From contig NC_000854.2 in NCBI RefSeq assembly GCF_000011125.1, forward strand, positions 1,350,001 to 1,382,000: DNA of 32,000 bases, written 5' to 3'. The notes under the pieces were generated by a model. That model did no database searches, was not told the DNA's origin, and worked only from the letters and a program-made list of their open reading frames with translations. This DNA is from Aeropyrum pernix K1 (GTDB lineage Archaea; Thermoproteota; Thermoprotei_A; Sulfolobales; Acidilobaceae). Shown piece by piece: positions 28,386-32,000 of the stretch (positions are counted from its first letter, which is position 1; every line of letters begins with the position of its first letter). A program made the position numbers and the translations under genes.

Positions 28386-29420
28386 TTAGAAGCCGCCGAA
28401 TATGCTGTCGAGGCCGCTGAGCTCTTGGTCTTCCTTCTTCTCCTCTTCCTCTTCTTTCTTCTCCTCCTCGGCTTTCTCCTCTGCTGCTGGTGCCGCTGCC
28501 GGGGCGGCCTCCTCTATACCGAGTTCTCTTGCCTTGTCGCCGAGCAGGGCCACCACTGCGGCCTCCTCTGCTATGGCCTTCCTGACTACATCCTCTACGG
28601 TTCCAGGCGCTATGAACCCTGTCTCGGCAGCTAGGGCGGAGGCGGCGAGAGCCGCCTTCACTATGGCTGACTCTACAGCCTCAGGCACTGGCATATAGAC
28701 GATCTCCGTTGCGAGGCCTAGGGCCTCCTTTGCTGCGTCTATTACATCGCCTCTGAAAGCCTCTATGTCTGGCCTCAGGAGGTCCTCAGTTATGAGCACG
28801 CCCCCGTCTATAGCGAACTTTACTCTAACTCCCTTCTCAATGGGTCTTATGCCCAGAGCCATTAGGAGGCCTGCTAGGTCTTCGCTTATAACGTCGCCTG
28901 GCTTGGCAACGACGGTCTCCTTTGCAATGTATATCTTACCGCCCCTAACCTGATACTGTATTCGGAGCTTTCCAAAGACGCTTAGTATGGGCCCGGGGGT
29001 GAGGTTTGTCATCCCCTCGGGTATCCTGATCTCCGTCTCGGCTTTATCCCCTGGCTTGACGGGCATGGCGACCTTCTCCTTCTCAACCTCCTTAACTATT
29101 TTGAATGGGTTGCCGTCGGCGAAGACTAGGAGCATCTGCCCTCTGACTAGATCGTCAAGCAGATTATCATCCAGCTCCAGGCCAGCAGCCTTCATGGCCC
29201 TCAGTATGATCCTCTTCTTAGCCACCATCATGGGATACTTCTTCCACAGCTTCTTCCTAACCCTCTGCACCACGAAGGTTGGCGTTCCCGTAAGGTCTGC
29301 AAACAGCACTACCCTGTGCTTACTGAAGAGTTCTTCAAGCTCCCTAAGCATGAGGGTCTTCCACTCGGGTATGGGCTTCTCTCTCTTATACATCTGACCC
29401 ACGAGGCTCACTACACTCAC
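28386..29420 (-). CDS. rpl10: Ribosomal protein L10/P0 (uL10)
   Basis: 344 aa; KHRVVLFADLTGTPTFVVQRVRKKL, NLTPGPILSVFGKL, acidic C-terminus ending SIFGGF. Confidence 0.95.
   Translation of the reverse strand: MSVVSLVGQMYKREKPIPEWKTLMLRELEELFSKHRVVLFADLTGTPTFVVQRVRKKLWKKYPMMVAKKRIILRAMKAAGLELDDNLLDDLVRGQMLLVFADGNPFKIVKEVEKEKVAMPVKPGDKAETEIRIPEGMTNLTPGPILSVFGKLRIQYQVRGGKIYIAKETVVAKPGDVISEDLAGLLMALGIRPIEKGVRVKFAIDGGVLITEDLLRPDIEAFRGDVIDAAKEALGLATEIVYMPVPEAVESAIVKAALAASALAAETGFIAPGTVEDVVRKAIAEEAAVVALLGDKARELGIEEAAPAAAPAAEEKAEEEKKEEEEEKKEDQELSGLDSIFGGF
28432..28509. repeat. 78-bp perfect direct repeat, copy 2 (rpl10/P0 3' region)
   Basis: Base-by-base identical to 28043-28120; offset 389 bp. Confidence 0.95.
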
Positions 29421-29424
29421 CCCA

Positions 29425-30078
29425 TCAGCCTATGGCGGGGACCTCTACCGGCGGCCCCATGGTCTTCTTGACATAAATCCTGGAGATCTTACCCCGGCCG
29501 AGCCTATTCTCTATAACCTGGAGTACTGCGAGCGCGTTCTCGGCAAGCTCTCTAGGACTCATATCCTCCGTTCCAATCCTGGCCATGACCTGGGGCTGGT
29601 TTCTAATCCTAACCCATACGGCAGCCTTATACCTCTCTATCAAATCCTTTATGTTAGCGTTAGGCGGCACCGGTACGGGAGCCTTACCCCTAGGCCCAAG
29701 GGCAGGGCCCAGTATACGGCCTGCAAGACCCATGAGGTCTGCTCTCACTAGAACCCAGTAGCACCTCCGTGCCAGCTTCTTAACCTCCCTCTTATTCTGT
29801 GACAAGTTCTGTAGGTCCTGCCTGTTTAGGACCTCGACGCCAGCCTCCTTAGCCTGGAGCTCCATGTCTCCGTGCGCCACTACACACACCTTAGCCTCCT
29901 TCGGGGGCCTGTTGGGGAGGAATACCGTCTCCCTTATCCTCGCCTGCGGGCTCTTCAAATCTATATCCTTGAGGGCAACTATAATCTCTACTGACTGCTT
30001 GAACCTCTTGCCCCTGCCAAGCTTGAGAGACTTGTCTATAGCCTCCTCTATGCTGGCGAGCACCGTTTCCTGCGACAA
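29425..30078 (-). CDS. rpl1: Ribosomal protein L1 (uL1)
   Basis: 217 aa; RILGPALGPRGKAPVPVPPNANI, FKQSVEIIVALKDIDLKSPQARI. Confidence 0.95.
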   Translation of the reverse strand: MSQETVLASIEEAIDKSLKLGRGKRFKQSVEIIVALKDIDLKSPQARIRETVFLPNRPPKEAKVCVVAHGDMELQAKEAGVEVLNRQDLQNLSQNKREVKKLARRCYWVLVRADLMGLAGRILGPALGPRGKAPVPVPPNANIKDLIERYKAAVWVRIRNQPQVMARIGTEDMSPRELAENALAVLQVIENRLGRGKISRIYVKKTMGPPVEVPAIG

Positions 30079-30123
30079 GCATCACACCCCCTATTGGCCT
30101 AGAACAGCATAGGGGATATATTA

Positions 30124-30450
30124 TTAGCCTTCCGCCTCCTCCCACTTCTCCTCGTACTTGGCTAGGACTGCGTCGTAAACACCCTCATCAACCTGTCTCG
30201 TAACTTCCTTGGGGTCCTTGCCGTCTACGGTTACACCTATACTCCTGGCCGAGCCTAGTATGGTCTTAACAGCTGCCTTCAGCGTCTTCGCGAGCAGGTC
30301 CGGCTTCTTCTCGATGGCAATCTCAACAATCTTCTCGAAGGGTAGGTCCCCTATCTTCTGGTGGATAGGATCCCCGCTGGGCGCCTTAGCGCTCACCGCC
30401 TTCAGCAGCAGCTCGGTGGTGGAGGGCTTCACCTGGCTTCCCTTTACCAT
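30124..30450 (-). CDS. rpl11: Ribosomal protein L11 (uL11), C-terminal domain only
   Basis: 108 aa; [59 protein letters not shown] is the uL11 C-terminal domain. The N-terminal PGPPLGPAL-type domain is absent. Confidence 0.9.
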   Translation of the reverse strand: MVKGSQVKPSTTELLLKAVSAKAPSGDPIHQKIGDLPFEKIVEIAIEKKPDLLAKTLKAAVKTILGSARSIGVTVDGKDPKEVTRQVDEGVYDAVLAKYEEKWEEAEG

Positions 30451-30458
30451 AACGCTTA

Positions 30459-30496
30459 CACCCTCAGAGAGCTAGAGTCGTACCTAGGGTTAAATG
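30459..30496 (-). promoter_or_regulatory. Probable promoter element and Shine-Dalgarno for the rpl11-led cluster
   Basis: Minus strand TATA-like CATTTAACCC (30487-30496) and GAGGGTG (30459-30465), 8 nt before the ATG at 30450. Confidence 0.45.
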
Positions 30497-30532
30497 CGTA
30501 AACAAGCCGGGGCGTCGCCGGGTGGCTCGGGC

Positions 30533-30991
30533 TTACTCCTCCACGGGCCTGACCTCGTCGATGGGTATAGTGGCGGTGGCTCTGAAGAGCGGCTCGAGCA
30601 GGGATACAGTGACCTGGCCCTTTGACTGGTTAACGTCTATAACCCTAGCCTTCATGCCCTTGAACGCTCCAGCAACTATCTCGACAACCTGGCCTGGCTT
30701 CAGTGCGGGTATCTCCACCTCAGGCTTTACGAGTTTCATGACCTCCTCGAACTTGAGTATGAGGGGCCTCCTCCGCTTTACATGTCTGAGCCCCCTGGTA
30801 GCATCGTACACGTCGCCAGGGTCGTGCGCCTCAAGTATAACATAGCCTTTTATCCGGGGGGGCACTATTATGCTCCTGATGTCCAGTCCTAGGGCTCTCG
30901 CCCTCTCCGCTATTATAGTGGCTACGTTGACTTCGGCACCGCTTGTGACTAGTATGGCGTAGAACCTAGCGTCAACACCTCCCTCCAACAC
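30533..30991 (-). CDS. spt5: Transcription elongation factor Spt5/NusG
   Basis: 152 aa; RFYAILVTSGAEVNVA N-terminal NGN and C-terminal KOW IVAGAFKGMKARVIDV. Confidence 0.94.
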   Translation of the reverse strand: MLEGGVDARFYAILVTSGAEVNVATIIAERARALGLDIRSIIVPPRIKGYVILEAHDPGDVYDATRGLRHVKRRRPLILKFEEVMKLVKPEVEIPALKPGQVVEIVAGAFKGMKARVIDVNQSKGQVTVSLLEPLFRATATIPIDEVRPVEE

Positions 30992-30994
30992 CTC

Positions 30995-31177
30995 TCACCC
31001 CGAAGTCAGGATTATATAGCCTAGGTGTATCAGGTATCCTATCCCGCCTACTAGAGCAAACCCCAGCAGGTTTAGTTTTAGGAGCAGCGAGTACTCCTCC
31101 TCATCCGGCTTCCTGGCCAGGGTCAGTATACGGCGCCAGGCTACTATGTACTCTCTAGCAATGTCGACTATACCCAA
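30995..31177 (-). CDS. secE: Protein translocase SecE/Sec61-gamma subunit
   Basis: 60 aa with single C-terminal TM; immediately upstream of spt5 as in many archaea. Confidence 0.85.
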   Translation of the reverse strand: MGIVDIAREYIVAWRRILTLARKPDEEEYSLLLKLNLLGFALVGGIGYLIHLGYIILTSG

Positions 31178-31200
31178 TACCCTGTGGCACCCCCCTAAGC

Positions 31201-31725
31201 CTAGGATCTTCTGAGCCTACTAAGCTTAATAGCCTCCTCAAGGGTTTTCCTCATATTCCTCCAGTGCGCCCCCTCCCAATACACCTTGCCACAGCGGGTG
31301 CAGACGTAGAACTTGTCTACAACCCTATATGTGGCCTCCGGCACCCTATCCCTCACTGCCTCCTTATCCACAGGCTCGAGAACGCCGTTGCAGATGGGGC
31401 ACCTGCTCCTCTCCGGCTCGAGCCTCAGGTCCAAGCCAGCCTTGGCTGAAAGCTCGGCGAGCCTCTCCTCTGTAGAGAGGGATTCTATGTAGATGGATTT
31501 TAAACCCATCTTCCTAGCCTTGCTGTGCAGCCATCTGTCCCTCGTTACGATAATCCTTCCAGAACTCTTAGCTATCCTGAGTATCTGCCAGTCCGAGTAC
31601 GTTCTAGAGTAGAGTGTATCATACCCCATTAGCCTAAGCCACTTAGCCAGGCTGCCGAGCATCGAATCTACTATGAACCTCGCCTCTCCAATCTCCTTAT
31701 CTCCCCTCCTGCCCACGGGTCTCAC
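31201..31725 (-). CDS. Mut7-C RNAse domain protein
   Basis: 174 aa; FIVDSMLGSLAKWLRLMGYDTLYS, ILRIAKSSGRIIVTRD, and zinc-binding CPICNG...CTRCGKVYW. Confidence 0.9.
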   Translation of the reverse strand: MRPVGRRGDKEIGEARFIVDSMLGSLAKWLRLMGYDTLYSRTYSDWQILRIAKSSGRIIVTRDRWLHSKARKMGLKSIYIESLSTEERLAELSAKAGLDLRLEPERSRCPICNGVLEPVDKEAVRDRVPEATYRVVDKFYVCTRCGKVYWEGAHWRNMRKTLEEAIKLSRLRRS

Positions 31726-31822
31726 CGTCCAAACGGGCGAGAGTTGAAGGATACGTGCCTAGGGGGTACCGAGGTAGTTGGAGGTGGCAGTTGGTGATGA
31801 GGCTGGAACTGCGGTTGAGGAG

Positions 31823-31999
31823 TTAGCTACTCTTTTTTGTTAACAGGAAGTTGGCGAGTTCTAGACCGCTTGTGAAGCCCACCGGCTTCTCGCTATCCAC
31901 AACTACCACGGCTCTGTACCTCTTCTCCAACATCTTCTCAGCCGCCTCAGCGAGGCTTGCATCAGGCGTCACTACAGGTGGCCTCATCCTTATAGCGTC
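31823..31999 (-). CDS. CBS domain protein, C-terminal part (5' truncated by window)
   Basis: Open frame read from the window edge: DAIRMRPPVVTPDASLAEAAEKMLEKRYRAVVVVDSEKPVGFTSGLELANFLLTKKSS*. Confidence 0.75.
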   Translation of the reverse strand, partial: DAIRMRPPVVTPDASLAEAAEKMLEKRYRAVVVVDSEKPVGFTSGLELANFLLTKKSS

Positions 32000-32000
32000 G

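Noticed and set aside
27914-28698. Plus-strand ORFs rich in Ser (SSSFFSSSSSFFSSSAFSS) over rpl12 and rpl10
   Set aside because: They are antisense artefacts of the acidic/Ala-rich tails in the genuine minus-strand ribosomal genes.
29891-30145. 84-aa minus ORF overlapping rpl1 start and rpl11 end, considered as the missing L11 N-terminal domain
   Set aside because: Sequence shows no L11 N-domain features (no PGPPLGP-like motif) and lies downstream of the L11 ORF in another frame.
31795-31830. GTGATGA C-box-like motif after the Mut7-C gene
   Set aside because: No D or D' box CTGA at suitable spacing; near the CBS gene end.
1-32000. CRISPR array, transposon, integrase or classical defence island
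   Set aside because: No regularly spaced direct repeats, no transposase or recombinase motifs, and no Cas or known defence-gene cluster among the ORFs.

Overview
Archaeal chromosomal segment, most likely a hyperthermophilic Thermoproteota (Desulfurococcales/Aeropyrum-like by protein character and GTG/TTG starts; genus not proven). It is gene-dense and mostly housekeeping: the end of a probable TRAP-TAXI permease plus a TAXI receptor, an OsmC-like protein, a TIGR00266/AIM24-like protein, two TatA-like genes and TatC, glutamine synthetase, an Lhr-type helicase, MmgE/PrpD, Thi4, an NfeD/ClpP-class protease with a stomatin-like SPFH partner, an ECF-type T component after an ABC ATPase that lacks its 5' part, an MBL hydrolase, a probable HEPN-MNT protein, acyl-CoA dehydrogenase, amidohydrolase, CstA with a small membrane ORF, an ArsA/Get3-like ATPase split by a frameshift, AlaRS, the ribosomal stalk cluster (L12, P0/L10, L1, L11), Spt5/NusG, SecE, a Mut7-C protein and the end of a CBS protein. 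I found no CRISPR array, mobile element, rRNA or tRNA, and no convincing new multi-gene defence system. The best second-look items are: (1) an L11 gene with its own start signals but no room for the N-terminal domain; (2) an atypical ArsA/Get3-like ATPase with an apparent -1 frameshift at an A run, preceded by a small membrane-active-looking ORF; (3) an ABC ATPase open frame that begins where the P-loop should be, just before an intact EcfT; (4) a HEPN-MNT-like fusion with no recognisable catalytic motifs; (5) a SlaB-like surface stalk candidate behind a 468-nt structured intergenic region; (6) AlaRS homology continuing upstream with no ATG/GTG/TTG start; (7) a 78-bp perfect repeat between the L12 and P0 3' ends.
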